Below are positions 19,150-29,480 of a stretch of 64,000 nucleotides of DNA, piece by piece (position 1 is the stretch's first letter; the number at the start of each line of letters is the position of its first letter). The position numbers were made by a program, and so were the translations under genes. The DNA is from Deltaproteobacteria bacterium. Its GTDB lineage: Bacteria > Myxococcota_A > JAADFL01. The stretch is from assembly GCA_013152945.1 (NCBI GenBank), contig JAADFL010000158.1:399-64398 (forward strand). Direction: 5' to 3'. The notes beneath the pieces were generated by a model. It was not told where the DNA came from and made no database searches. It worked only from the letters and a program-made list of their open reading frames with translations.

Positions 19150-19851
19150 TCAGTGAGCCTCATGCAGGCGCTTTCCCATTTTTTTGCCTGCTTCTTTTAG
19201 CTTTTTCTGTTGCTTTTTCTGGTGTTTCTTCTTTTTGTCGTCTTTTTTCGGCACTACCCTTAGAGTCGGCGGCTGTTTAATCTTCAATTCCGGTTTCTTC
19301 CAAGTGTAACAATCATGTGCTGAATCCTTCTTGTAGTTCTCGGGCCAGCCTGGAGGATCGCCTATCCAATAATGACGATTCTGTTTTTTATACATTTTCC
19401 TATACATTTTCCTGCCCTTGATCGGATGCTGGCCGCAAAGCCAGTGCAAGGGCCTGCTGAAATGGTAACATTTCTTATCATTGTCAAATTGGTAGAAAGA
19501 CGGGAACTTCGGTGGTCTCTTGAGCAGCATGTGTTTATCGTTCATTTCGTACAGCTTGTTCCTGTCCAATGGATGCCGGCCACATACCCAGTAAACCTTT
19601 CCCCTGAATTTGTATGCCTTGATGTACCTTGTTTTGTACTGTCCTTTTGACGGAACCGGACCATAATCATGAAAGTGAAGGCCCTGTTCGGAACACCATC
19701 CATTGCCTTTGGCGGGATGAGGTCCATCGTACAGCACTTTGGTTTTTTTCAATTTCAGTAATTTGGGTTCCTTTGCCTGTGAAGCAGCCGGGTAAACCAC
19801 TGCACAAAGAAAGAATGCCGATGCGAACATAAGTAGAATGTTTTTTCTCAT
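19150..19851 (-). CDS. Exported basic protein with three G-x-H-P repeats
   Basis: Signal peptide MRKNILLMF...ASQA after an AAGGAGG RBS; YDGPHP, VCGRHP, LCGQHP repeats; Lys-rich tail. Confidence 0.7.
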   Translation of the reverse strand: MRKNILLMFASAFFLCAVVYPAASQAKEPKLLKLKKTKVLYDGPHPAKGNGWCSEQGLHFHDYGPVPSKGQYKTRYIKAYKFRGKVYWVCGRHPLDRNKLYEMNDKHMLLKRPPKFPSFYQFDNDKKCYHFSRPLHWLCGQHPIKGRKMYRKMYKKQNRHYWIGDPPGWPENYKKDSAHDCYTWKKPELKIKQPPTLRVVPKKDDKKKKHQKKQQKKLKEAGKKMGKRLHEAH

Positions 19852-19909
19852 GCTAACCTCCTTGACGGTTTGGACCCTTTCGCAAGGGTTCCTATTCAAT
19901 AAATTTAGA

Positions 19910-21943
19910 TCAGCGACTCAATTTGGCCTGGACCAGCCTTACATAATTCAAGGCCAATCGATTCTCGTCGTTGATCTTCAAAACGGTTTGGAATTCTTTG
20001 AGGCTGGCCTTTAACTTGTTTTGAGTATAGTAAACGAGGCCCAATCCCAAATGTGACTCTTCGTTACGCGGGTATTCTTTCAAGATGGCCTTGTATAGTT
20101 CAACGGCATCATCGAGTTTCCCCTTTTTTCTATGTTCATGGGCCTCTTCTACAAGGGCCGACGGCTTCAAATCGTCGTATGCCTGCCTTGGATTCCTGAT
20201 AAAGCTCCTGGCTGTCTTCCGGAGCTTACCTCTTACATTTCGCCACGATGCCTTGGCAGCCCTTTGTCTCCCTAAAATAAGATAGGCATTACCCAGTTGG
20301 AAAGCTGTTTCATCATCATCGGGTACTTCTCTGATTTGAGCCTCGAAGGCGGTTGCCGCTCTTTTGATAAGAGATTGATTATTTTTCTTCAGGCCCACCT
20401 TCATACATGCCATGCCGAGCCAGTAGTTGGATCTCATGAATCCATGAGACGGGAACATCTCGGATATTGCGGAAAATGTCTCGAATGCTTTTTCATAGTC
20501 CCTGGTTTCGAACTGTTTTTGACCCTGGGCCAGGAGTTTGATAGCCCGTTTTGCATTCCGAACCTTGGCCCTTATGGAAGCATCAGTGGATTCCATGTAA
20601 GAGCCTGATTTGAAATTCTTGTTGCCAATCCTGTACATAACCAGGGAATAATCCCGTCTTGCCTTGATATTGGGAGCATACTGGGAAAAACTTACGAGTC
20701 CGACACCTGGGCAAAAGACGTATTCATCTCTCCGGGGATTGCTCTTTCCTCCGGATGCTATCAAAAGGCAGCGGGTCAGCCTCCTCCCCGACCAGTTGAT
20801 GGTCTTGCTGACAGTGGCGACTCTTAAAGAAGCATTGCCTGAAAAGCCCGGGCCCAGTTCAGTTCCTGGTCTTATCGGTATCTTCAGGATGTATCTTCCG
20901 CTTTCCTGTATTTTTAGACCATTAGAAGACAGCTTCCAGGTTTCCTTGTGGCTGTCCTTGTTCGGGGTTTCCGTGTAATAACGAAGCCTTGTTCTTTGTA
21001 CACTGAAATCCCTGCCCGCGCCGGCCGTAATTTCAATAATGACCTTTTCATAAATATCACCCGGCTTTTTAGGCCTGTGAAAGTATTCCCAGCGGTTGCC
21101 CGACTCAAGCGGAAAGAAAAGTTTCAACTGTTTTTCCTCGGGAGTCTCCCTGGGAGCCGCTGGCGGTGGCGGTGGTGGCGGAGCAGTTGGAGGAGGCGGC
21201 TTGTAGCTCAAAGGGCTGGTTTCCTGTTGTTGTTGTGGTGGTGAAACAGGGGTCACGACCCTGCCCTTTGGTTCATTTATGTTGGCCGGCTCCGCGTCTC
21301 CCCGGGGCAGGCCTGAATAATTATCGGAAATGGCGTTTTGTGGAGGATAAGGTGGTGGTGGCGGTGGCGGCGGAGTGATTGGAGCAGGCTGGTTTACCGA
21401 CATTCCTCCAGAAGGGTTTTCTCCCCTTAACGTCTTTTTGACTGCGGACATGAGAAACTCGTCAAGGTCTTCTTTGAAACCGGCTGCGCTGAATGTAATT
21501 TGCCCGTCATTGTTTATTACGAAAACGCCAGGTGCCGAGTTTACGCCGTATCTCCTTGCAACCTTCTTATTATGATCATGCAAAACAGGTATTCGAATGC
21601 CACGAATCGCCCCACGGAGCTTGGACGTCCTGCCCCTGTCCATGAGTATGACCACGGTCCTTAAGCCCTTCTTTTTAAGTCTTGCCATTGCATAGGTGAT
21701 GAAATCCATATCTTGCTGCCATCCTGGATCGGAAAATGACATGAAGTATAGAACAAGAGCCTTCGTATTCTCCAAGGCGTCTTCTCCGATATACATGGAC
21801 AAAGAAACCATGGGAGGAATTCCCCTTCCGGGATTCAATGTTTTTAAGAGAAATTCAGGCGCCTCTGTTGCGACGGATACGCTGGATGCCGAACACAAAG
21901 ACACAGCAATGAATGCTGAAAACAACCATCTTGCAGGTTTCAT
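19910..21943 (-). CDS. Exported multidomain protein: thioredoxin-like fold without CxxC, Pro-rich linker, beta-rich domain, TPRs
   Basis: Signal peptide; APEFLLKTL, VLHDHNKKVARRYGVNSAPGVFVI; poly-Pro tracts; FFPLESGNRWEY; TPR C-terminus. Confidence 0.75.
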   Translation of the reverse strand: MKPARWLFSAFIAVSLCSASSVSVATEAPEFLLKTLNPGRGIPPMVSLSMYIGEDALENTKALVLYFMSFSDPGWQQDMDFITYAMARLKKKGLRTVVILMDRGRTSKLRGAIRGIRIPVLHDHNKKVARRYGVNSAPGVFVINNDGQITFSAAGFKEDLDEFLMSAVKKTLRGENPSGGMSVNQPAPITPPPPPPPPYPPQNAISDNYSGLPRGDAEPANINEPKGRVVTPVSPPQQQQETSPLSYKPPPPTAPPPPPPPAAPRETPEEKQLKLFFPLESGNRWEYFHRPKKPGDIYEKVIIEITAGAGRDFSVQRTRLRYYTETPNKDSHKETWKLSSNGLKIQESGRYILKIPIRPGTELGPGFSGNASLRVATVSKTINWSGRRLTRCLLIASGGKSNPRRDEYVFCPGVGLVSFSQYAPNIKARRDYSLVMYRIGNKNFKSGSYMESTDASIRAKVRNAKRAIKLLAQGQKQFETRDYEKAFETFSAISEMFPSHGFMRSNYWLGMACMKVGLKKNNQSLIKRAATAFEAQIREVPDDDETAFQLGNAYLILGRQRAAKASWRNVRGKLRKTARSFIRNPRQAYDDLKPSALVEEAHEHRKKGKLDDAVELYKAILKEYPRNEESHLGLGLVYYTQNKLKASLKEFQTVLKINDENRLALNYVRLVQAKLSR

Positions 21944-22187
21944 TTATTACTCCGACCGTAACAACCCGGAATGATGCCCGGGAGGATAATATGTCGATAA
22001 GTTGCTCATTGCGGATGGAGAATAAAAAAAACCGGTGTCAGTGTCAATCACGTCTGTTCATTTGGTGAATATGAGGCAGGGTTCGTGTATTACCGCGGTT
22101 CCGTAAGAGTCTTTTCCCCAGCTTTCTTTTTGTTGCCAACTGAAGAAAATCAGGTTATAGCTTTTGTGCAATAGGGATGATAATTTT

Positions 22188-22676
22188 ATGGGCGTTAAGG
22201 GAAAAACACAGGTAGGGCAACGTGACATATTGGTTGCACATCAACAAACTAGCCGGATAACGGTAGTAGCCGGCGTGATAATAAAGAATGGCCTGGTGCT
22301 GGTAGCGAAAAAGGCCGGAGGTGAACTTGCAGGTAAATGGGAGTTTCCCGGTGGCAAGGTGGAGCCGGGAGAAACACTCGAGGAGTCTTTGGCCAGGGAA
22401 CTCATGGAAGAACTTTCTATTGACGTATCAGTCAAAAGGCGGCTCAATACTACTCTATTCGATTATTCACATGTATCGATCGAGCTGAATACATATTTGT
22501 GTGAAATAAAATATGGCGAGCTGCAAGGAAACGGTGACCATATGGAGATTCTATTCGTACCCTGGTCGAGGTTGAAGGAAATGGATCTTGCAGACGCGGA
22601 CAGGATTGCGGTTGAGAAAATAAACGACTCGCTTGGAGAAGATTTATTATTGAATGTTTTAGGGGTTGTCTGGTAA
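22188..22676 (+). CDS. NUDIX (MutT/NudG-like) dNTP pyrophosphohydrolase
   Basis: WEFPGGKVEPGETLEESLARELMEEL Nudix box; start uncertain. Confidence 0.9.
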   Translation: MGVKGKTQVGQRDILVAHQQTSRITVVAGVIIKNGLVLVAKKAGGELAGKWEFPGGKVEPGETLEESLARELMEELSIDVSVKRRLNTTLFDYSHVSIELNTYLCEIKYGELQGNGDHMEILFVPWSRLKEMDLADADRIAVEKINDSLGEDLLLNVLGVVW

Positions 22677-23886
22677 CGATTTGAATAAGTCTGACACGAA
22701 GACATTGCCCGATGGTATTATCCCGCTGATGGTCAAGTCGGCCGATCTCATGAAGCGCCGTCTCGAGCCCAGGGAGGCCTTTTTGTTGAGTCGCTTGGAT
22801 GGCGTATCATCACTCAAGGATATTTGCTTGATGACCGGCATGTCCGCCTCTTCCGTGTCAAAGATACTTTTGAAGCTCAACAGGCTGGCCCTCGTATACT
22901 GGGAAGGTTCTCCCCTGCCGTACTCGAGCATGGATCTGGAGGAGGAAAGGGAAGATGTGGAGCCGCCTCCTGATGTACACTCCACAGATGATAGAGACAT
23001 AGAACTGGATGCCGATACCAGAAACATGATCAATTCCAAGTATTGGGATATCATTGGCCAGGATTTGTACCGCGTGCTCGAGATAAGAAAGAATGCAACA
23101 AAGGAAGAAATACGTAGAGCATATAGGAAATTGGCCGCTCTTTATCATCCTGATCATTTTTTCAGGATGAATATAGGCTCTTATCGTCCCAAATTGGAAG
23201 AAATATGCAGAAAGCTGAGGGTTGCAAGCGAGTTGCTCGGGGATGATCGTGCAAGAAGGATATATAATGAAAAACTCAAAGAAGCCAGAAAAACCAGTAT
23301 AATCCGGCCAAACCGGACCAGGCGCAAGAAAGGCGGTATCTCGGCACATCCTGTGGCGAAAAAGGTAAAAAAGGCAAAGCGGCTCTATGAGAGCGCAATC
23401 GAGGCCAACAGGTCGGGTAATATCAAGGAAGCATACAATGCGATCAAATTGGCCTTGATGAATGATCCGAAAAAGCCCGAATACAAGGAGTTCGCGGCTA
23501 TCCTCGAAAAAGAAGTCAACAAGGGAAAGGCCCAATCTTACTATGCCAGGGCAAAAAACGCTTCAATCCAGGGAGACATGGAGCAAAGCTTGGAACTTCT
23601 TCGACATGCGGCAAAGCTGGATCCTGATTCCTGGCAGTACAGTTACGAACTGGCCGGGGCAATCGTGGATATGGGCGGCGATTTGGAAGAAGCGGTCAGG
23701 AGGGCAAAACGTGCTGTTTTCCTGTCAGGTGGGAACCCGGATTGCAGGTATTTTTTGGCAATGTTATTGGAAAAGACTGGAAGGTCCGGGGACGCGGAGA
23801 TGGAATACAAGAAACTGGTAAGCAAGAAGCAAAAAGTCCAGGAAGCCAAGGAACGTCTTGCCATAATCGGCAAGGGCCGAAAATAG
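22666..23886 (+). CDS. DnaJ-domain TPR protein
   Basis: N-terminal wHTH-like EAFLLSRLDG; J-domain DLYRVLEI...YRKLAALYHPD; TPRs. Confidence 0.85.
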   Translation: MSGNDLNKSDTKTLPDGIIPLMVKSADLMKRRLEPREAFLLSRLDGVSSLKDICLMTGMSASSVSKILLKLNRLALVYWEGSPLPYSSMDLEEEREDVEPPPDVHSTDDRDIELDADTRNMINSKYWDIIGQDLYRVLEIRKNATKEEIRRAYRKLAALYHPDHFFRMNIGSYRPKLEEICRKLRVASELLGDDRARRIYNEKLKEARKTSIIRPNRTRRKKGGISAHPVAKKVKKAKRLYESAIEANRSGNIKEAYNAIKLALMNDPKKPEYKEFAAILEKEVNKGKAQSYYARAKNASIQGDMEQSLELLRHAAKLDPDSWQYSYELAGAIVDMGGDLEEAVRRAKRAVFLSGGNPDCRYFLAMLLEKTGRSGDAEMEYKKLVSKKQKVQEAKERLAIIGKGRK

Positions 23887-23993
23887 TTTTTTCTTTTTTT
23901 CACAGCCCCCACACACAGCCAGGCTTGGGTGGGGAGGCTTGGAAGCTATGGACATGATTTTCTTCCTCTGCTAATGTTACCTCGCTTTTAACA

Positions 23994-24689
23994 ATGTTTC
24001 GTTCAGGTCGTGCCATGGAACTTAAACAAATGGGGACAAATGATTCGACGAGACGATTGTCTGCTCACTTGTTGGAACTCAAACTGCATTTGATGCATTT
24101 GAAGAGGTTGGGCCTCTATGGTCTAAAAAAGGGAGGCCTGTCCGGTGTGCGGTCCAGCCTCGGAGAATGTCATAGATGTGAATTGGCGCAGACCAGGAGA
24201 AACATCGTGTTCGGTAACGGTAATCCCAGGGCAAGAGTGGTCCTGGTAGGTGAGGCTCCGGGCGCGGAAGAAGACAGGACCGGGATAGCGTTCGTCGGTG
24301 CTGCCGGGAAGTTACTTACAAGAATGCTGGCTGCTATCGGTCTGGACAGGGATGATGTCTATATTTGCAATGTCTTGAAATGCAGGCCTCCCAACAACCG
24401 TGACCCATTACCGGAAGAGGTCGCGGTATGCAGCCCGTTTCTAAAGGCTCAATTGGAAACGATACACCCCGATCTGGTATTGACGCTTGGTGCCTATGCT
24501 GCAAGGACTCTTTTGGGCAGGGAAGGGGCCCTATCCAGGTTGAGGGGCCGCCGACTGCAATACAGCGGCATGAAATTGATTGCAACCTATCATCCGAGCT
24601 ACCTGCTGAGAAATCCTGGGGCCAAGGCCGAGGCATGGAAAGACCTGAAGCTTGTGGCCGGCGAGTTGGACAGGAGAAAAATGACATGA
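23994..24689 (+). CDS. Uracil-DNA glycosylase family 4 (Fe-S)
   Basis: CHRCEL, GEAPGAEED, NVLKCRPPNNR, TYHPSYLLR. Confidence 0.95.
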   Translation: MFRSGRAMELKQMGTNDSTRRLSAHLLELKLHLMHLKRLGLYGLKKGGLSGVRSSLGECHRCELAQTRRNIVFGNGNPRARVVLVGEAPGAEEDRTGIAFVGAAGKLLTRMLAAIGLDRDDVYICNVLKCRPPNNRDPLPEEVAVCSPFLKAQLETIHPDLVLTLGAYAARTLLGREGALSRLRGRRLQYSGMKLIATYHPSYLLRNPGAKAEAWKDLKLVAGELDRRKMT

Positions 24690-26083
24690 AACCATCAATC
24701 GTCATAGCAGTTCTATCCGCGGTTTTAACAACAGGCCAGTACCAGGCAACCAACAAGGACCAGGATGGGAGCCGAAACGTAATACAGACTTTCGAAGGCC
24801 ATGAAGGCGTATTGTTGCTCGATGTGGCCGATACCATCAACCCCGGGGTGGCGGAATATATTTCCGACGGCATATCAAAGGCATCAAAAGGAAATATGGC
24901 TGCGGTCATTATAAGGTTGGATACACCGGGAGGCCTGCTTGATGCTACGAGAAGCATAGTGCAATCCATCATGGAATCCCCTGTCCCTGTGATAGTCTAT
25001 GTGGCGCCCGGTGGGGCCAGGGCCGGATCGGCCGGCACATTCATAACACTTGCGGCCAATATTGCCGCAATGGCTCCAGGTGCAAATATCGGGGCGGCCC
25101 ACCCGGTTGGAGGCGGAGGAGAAGATCCGGAAAAAGGGGGAAAACACATAGCACAAAAAATCGAGAACGATGCAGTTGCATTCATTGAGTCGATTGCCGA
25201 GCGCCGCGGAAGGAACAAAGAATGGGCAAAGAAGGCGGTTACACAGTCGGTGTCGGTGCCGACCAATGAGGCTCTGAAGCTCCACATAATCGACCTGACT
25301 GCATCAACTCTGGATGAGTTGTTGAAAAAGGCGGACGGTATGATCGTAGAGCTTAACGGGAAAAAGTATCGGCTGGGTCTGGGGTCTCAGGTTATTCACC
25401 GTTTTCCAATGAGTTCGGTGCAGAGATTCGTATCCACTTTCTCCCATCCAAACATACTGTATATCCTCATGATGATCGGCGTACTTGGAATACTTGGAGA
25501 GATTTACCATCCAGGGGCGATCTTCCCGGGTGTCATCGGCGGTATTTGCTTGATCCTTGCATTTATTGGAATGCAAACGCTTCCAATCAACCTGGGCGGC
25601 CTGGCTCTCATCCTGTTGGCAATTGCAATGTTCGTCGGGGAACTATTCGTAACCTCGCATGGGTTACTTGCCATAGGTGGTTCCATAGCCCTGGCCATCG
25701 GATCGATTTTACTGATTGACTCCGAGGATCCCGCTTTGAGAATTTCCCGTTCCGCCATATTCGCGGCAAGTGGAACCATGCTCGCATTTTCTTTGTTCAT
25801 AGTATACAAGGTGTTGAAAACCCATGGCATGAGGTTCGCAACAGGCATACAGGGCCTGGATGGTGAAGAGGGAATAGTAAAGAAATCTTTAGAGCCCGGA
25901 GTGGAGGGAACGGTCCTGGTTCACGGGGAGTATTGGCGTGCAAAAGCCGATCGGGAAATCAAGGAAAACGACAAGGTAATCGTGACTGCGGTGCACGGAA
26001 TGGTCTTGGATGTGACTGCAAAGAAAGCATTATCCAAAGGTGACGACCAGGGAAACGGCAAAGAGGGAAATAATAAAGATTAA
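24686..26083 (+). CDS. nfeD: NfeD family membrane-bound serine protease (ClpP class)
   Basis: LDTPGGL, ARAGSAGTF, NIGAAHPV, TM bundle, C-terminal VHGEYWRA OB domain; ATGA overlap with UDG. Confidence 0.92.
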   Translation: MKPSIVIAVLSAVLTTGQYQATNKDQDGSRNVIQTFEGHEGVLLLDVADTINPGVAEYISDGISKASKGNMAAVIIRLDTPGGLLDATRSIVQSIMESPVPVIVYVAPGGARAGSAGTFITLAANIAAMAPGANIGAAHPVGGGGEDPEKGGKHIAQKIENDAVAFIESIAERRGRNKEWAKKAVTQSVSVPTNEALKLHIIDLTASTLDELLKKADGMIVELNGKKYRLGLGSQVIHRFPMSSVQRFVSTFSHPNILYILMMIGVLGILGEIYHPGAIFPGVIGGICLILAFIGMQTLPINLGGLALILLAIAMFVGELFVTSHGLLAIGGSIALAIGSILLIDSEDPALRISRSAIFAASGTMLAFSLFIVYKVLKTHGMRFATGIQGLDGEEGIVKKSLEPGVEGTVLVHGEYWRAKADREIKENDKVIVTAVHGMVLDVTAKKALSKGDDQGNGKEGNNKD

Positions 26084-26134
26084 TAAATCTGGAAAAAGAT
26101 AACGGGTTGTCCACGGAACAAGGGAGGTTTCAAT

Positions 26135-26875
26135 ATGGTACCCATAGTAATCGTTGCCGGGTTCGTTCTTTTTTTCTTTTTCATGGGAGTAAGAGTCCTC
26201 AATGAATACGAGCGAGGAGTAATATTCAGGTTGGGCAGAATTTCGGACAGCAAGATGCCAGGATTTCGCTGGATCATTCCCTTCATCGATCGAATGGTAA
26301 AGGTTTCGCTTAGAACCGTCGTTATGGATGTGCCCCCGCAAGATGTAATTACCAAGGACAATGTCTCGGTCAAGGTGAATGCTGTTGTATATTTCAGGGT
26401 CATGGATGAGCGCAAGGCCATCCTCGAGGTGGAGAATTTTCTTTATGCCACATCACAGCTTTCACAGACCACGTTGAGAAGTGTCCTCGGCGAGTCAGAG
26501 CTGGATGAATTGCTCTCTCACAGAGAAAAGATAAACATGAAGCTTGCAGCCATTCTCGATCAACATACAGACCCTTGGGGCATCAAGGTATCCAATGTCG
26601 AAGTAAAACACGTGGACCTGCCGCAGGACATGGTCAGGGCCATGGCGCGTCAGGCCGAGGCCGAGCGTGAAAGACGGGCCAAGGTCATTGCTGCACAAGG
26701 GGAGTTTCAGGCTGCAGCCAATTTGAATGAAGCATCAGGCGTCCTGTCGCAGAATCCAATGGCATTACAACTTAGATACTTGCAAACCCTGGTGGAAGTT
26801 GCTTCCGAAAACAGCTCCACAATCGTGTTTCCCTTGCCGATGGATCTGTTGAAACCATTGCTGACCAAGGATTGA
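26135..26875 (+). CDS. SPFH/stomatin (slipin) family protein
   Basis: [48 protein letters not shown]. Confidence 0.95.
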   Translation: MVPIVIVAGFVLFFFFMGVRVLNEYERGVIFRLGRISDSKMPGFRWIIPFIDRMVKVSLRTVVMDVPPQDVITKDNVSVKVNAVVYFRVMDERKAILEVENFLYATSQLSQTTLRSVLGESELDELLSHREKINMKLAAILDQHTDPWGIKVSNVEVKHVDLPQDMVRAMARQAEAERERRAKVIAAQGEFQAAANLNEASGVLSQNPMALQLRYLQTLVEVASENSSTIVFPLPMDLLKPLLTKD

Positions 26876-27005
26876 TTTCTGGGCGGCATGACTCGAATGT
26901 CGTAAAATTGAAACATAAACAACCCGGAAATGCCTTTAATTCGTGTATATGAAGGAGGTCTATACTCGCATATGTATATTTTTCAAGGGTGATATGATTT
27001 TATGC

Positions 27006-27035
27006 TTGACAAAACCCGCTTGTTGTCTCAATATT
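27006..27035 (+). promoter_or_regulatory. Putative sigma70 promoter of the HU gene
   Basis: TTGACA at 27006-27011 with an AT-rich, imperfect -10 (CAATAT/AATATT) 17-18 nt downstream. Confidence 0.4.
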
Positions 27036-27106
27036 CTTGACCAACTGGATGCCGAATGGACGGCATCAGTTCGAGACCCCGAGGGGGGTTTTTGGAGGGA
27101 GTTAGT

Positions 27107-27385
27107 ATGACGAAGGCAGAGCTTATTGAAAAGGTGCTTTCTGCAAAGGGTATGCCCGAGCTTTCCAAGAAGGCGATGGGCCAGGTGGTAGACCAGGTAT
27201 TCGACACCATCAGCGTGGCAATCAAGAAGGAAAAGAAGTTCAGCTACCCCGGCTTTGGAACCTTCAAGGTAAGGACCCGTAAGGCCCGCACAGGCCGTAA
27301 CCCCAAGACCGGAGAAAAAATCCGGATCAAGGCCAGCCGCACCGTGGCTTTCAAGCCGGCGCCGAAGTTGAAAAAACGCGTCTGA
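27107..27385 (+). CDS. hup: HU family DNA-binding protein
   Basis: MTKAELI, GFGTFKV, RKARTGRNPKTGE, VAFKPA; GGAGG RBS. Confidence 0.95.
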   Translation: MTKAELIEKVLSAKGMPELSKKAMGQVVDQVFDTISVAIKKEKKFSYPGFGTFKVRTRKARTGRNPKTGEKIRIKASRTVAFKPAPKLKKRV

Positions 27386-27414
27386 TTTCAGATCAAGGCT
27401 TGATGTAGCAGATG

Positions 27415-27444
27415 AAAAGCCGGTCCGTTTGGGCCGGCTTTTTT
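27415..27444 (+). terminator. Rho-independent terminator after hup
   Basis: AAAA-GCCGGTCC-GTTT-GGGCCGGC-TTTTTT. Confidence 0.85.
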
Positions 27445-27492
27445 CTCTGAATCTGTTGACGCTCCACCCGGGCGTATGGTCTCATTCAAGAC

Positions 27493-28362
27493 ATGGCGAT
27501 GTATATCAAAGTTGCTTTGGCTGTATTGGTGTGGACATCAACTGCAGGTTCGAAAGACTTGAACCGTGGACCGTTTTTAAAGGTTCTTTATAGAAATAAA
27601 ACAATTTCAATTTCCATGGAAAGCTATCTCGAACGGGTTGTATCGGCCGAAACCTGGCCCGGTTGGCACATAGAAGCATTAAAGGCCCAGGCTGTAGCAT
27701 CCAGAAGTTATGCTCTTCGAAAGCTTCTCCACGCAAAGGGCGGTTTTGACTTGAAGGCAACCGTGCAGGATCAGGTGATGTCGAAGAAAGTAAGGCCGGA
27801 TGCCGTTCAGGCCGTCAGGCTGACAAGAGGTTTGGTATTGACATACAAGGGTGTACCTATAAGGGCCTTGTTCCATTCCACTTGCGGGGGCAAGACAACC
27901 TATGCAGAACGTGTTTGGCCCGGAGAGGGCGTTCCTTACCTTCGCCCGGTTGAATGTCATTATTGTGAAATTTCTCCAAGGTTTCTATGGCAATCGCGCG
28001 TACCGGTCGGCAAGGCCAGGAAAAAACTCGCAAGATTGGGCCTGTCACCAGGGTCTCCAATTAAAATCGAACCATTGGATCCGGATGAGGCAGGCAGGTG
28101 CAGTAAGGTCAGGTTGGGCGGGAAAGATGGGATAATAGTACCTGTCCAGAAGCTTAGGAAGGTCCTTGGATTTGATGTCTTGCGCAGCGCTATATTTTCA
28201 GCCAAGGTTAAAGACGGGTACCTGGTCCTGGAAGGAAGGGGTGCAGGCCATGGCGTCGGCATGTGCCAATGGGGTGCGGAAGGCATGGCGCGTAAAGGGA
28301 AGAATTTCAGGGAAATCCTGGAACATTACTATCCCGGGACCAGAATCAGGCGTGCCTACTGA
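27493..28362 (+). CDS. SpoIID/LytB domain protein (peptidoglycan lytic transglycosylase family)
   Basis: EALKAQAVASRSYA, FHSTCGGKT, GAGHGVGMCQWGA, ILEHYYPGT. Confidence 0.93.
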   Translation: MAMYIKVALAVLVWTSTAGSKDLNRGPFLKVLYRNKTISISMESYLERVVSAETWPGWHIEALKAQAVASRSYALRKLLHAKGGFDLKATVQDQVMSKKVRPDAVQAVRLTRGLVLTYKGVPIRALFHSTCGGKTTYAERVWPGEGVPYLRPVECHYCEISPRFLWQSRVPVGKARKKLARLGLSPGSPIKIEPLDPDEAGRCSKVRLGGKDGIIVPVQKLRKVLGFDVLRSAIFSAKVKDGYLVLEGRGAGHGVGMCQWGAEGMARKGKNFREILEHYYPGTRIRRAY

Positions 28363-28385
28363 AAAAAGAGGAGGAGGGGGAAAGA

Positions 28386-29480
28386 ATGGAAAAAGAAAAG
28401 ATTCCCAGAGAAGAGCTGGAGACAAGGATAAGAGATCTTGAAAAGAGAGTCGTCGAACTCTATACCTTGTACAACATCAGCAGGAATTTAAGCGTTACCT
28501 TGCAGTTGGACGAATTGTTCAAGAGATCCATGGATCTCATAGCCGATTCGCTTAGTCTGGAGCAATTTTTCCTGGTGCTCCTGGAAGAGGACGGCTTGAA
28601 CTTGTCTGTCCAGGCGTTTCACGGCTTCGCGGCGGAGAAGCTCGCCGGCTTGCGTTTCAAGCTGGACGATGGATTACTTGGAAAAGCCGTGTCCACAGGT
28701 GAAACACTGTCATTGAACGAGGGGGAGCGCGATAAAAAAGACCCTTTGACGGAACTGGGTTGCAATGGATCATTGTTGATACTTCCGTTGAAGGTGGAGG
28801 ACCAACCGGCCATCGGAGCACTTGTTGCCCACAACAAAGATGGCAGTGGATTTTCCGCGAAGGACCGCAGCCTTATAGCCGAAATAGCCGGCCAGGTAGC
28901 CAACGCGATACACAAGGCCAGGATTTATCAAAAGGCAAGGGATCTTTCATATCGTGACGAACTGACCGGCTTGTTCAACAGGCGGTACCTTTTTGAAAGA
29001 CTCGAGGCAGAGGTCGAGAGAGCAAGGAGATACAAGAGAAACCTGTCCTTCATCATTTTCGATGTTGATCATTTCAAGCGTTTCAATGACAACTATGGTC
29101 ATCTTGTAGGGGACGATGCACTTAGAGCTGTTGCAACTGCCATGGCCGGGGCTTTACGGCGCCATGATGTAATAGCACGATTCGGGGGCGAGGAATTCGT
29201 CGTACTCTTACCGGAGACTAAAGGGCCGGCAGCCAGGGCAGTGGCCGAAAAGCTGAGAAAAAGGGTCTCTGGTATTGAATTGCGGGATCCGAAGGGAGAA
29301 AAACTACAAGGTCTCACAATTACAGCAGGCGTTTCAGTGTTCCCTGATAATGCGCCGGAAGCCCTTCTCTTGATCGGTGAGGCTGACAGGGCGCTTTATG
29401 CAGGAAAGAAAGGCGGCAGAAATCGCGTGACGGCTGCGGACGACCTCGGAGACGAGGCAGGAGAGGATATGCCGATTTGA
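28386..29480 (+). CDS. GAF-GGDEF diguanylate cyclase
   Basis: DELTGLFNRR, DVDHFKRFND, RxxD I-site (RRHD), GGEEF. Confidence 0.93.
   Translation: MEKEKIPREELETRIRDLEKRVVELYTLYNISRNLSVTLQLDELFKRSMDLIADSLSLEQFFLVLLEEDGLNLSVQAFHGFAAEKLAGLRFKLDDGLLGKAVSTGETLSLNEGERDKKDPLTELGCNGSLLILPLKVEDQPAIGALVAHNKDGSGFSAKDRSLIAEIAGQVANAIHKARIYQKARDLSYRDELTGLFNRRYLFERLEAEVERARRYKRNLSFIIFDVDHFKRFNDNYGHLVGDDALRAVATAMAGALRRHDVIARFGGEEFVVLLPETKGPAARAVAEKLRKRVSGIELRDPKGEKLQGLTITAGVSVFPDNAPEALLLIGEADRALYAGKKGGRNRVTAADDLGDEAGEDMPI

Noticed and set aside
21150-21375. GGT/GGC triplet runs as a DNA repeat element
   Set aside because: Explained by poly-Pro/Gln linker codons of the minus-strand CDS
23887-23940. Hairpin after the DnaJ-TPR gene as an intrinsic terminator
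   Set aside because: The T-run precedes rather than follows the stem, so it fits neither strand well
24428-24685. N-terminal extension of the nfeD ORF
   Set aside because: Overlaps UDG; the ATG at 24686 follows AGGAG and begins a signal peptide
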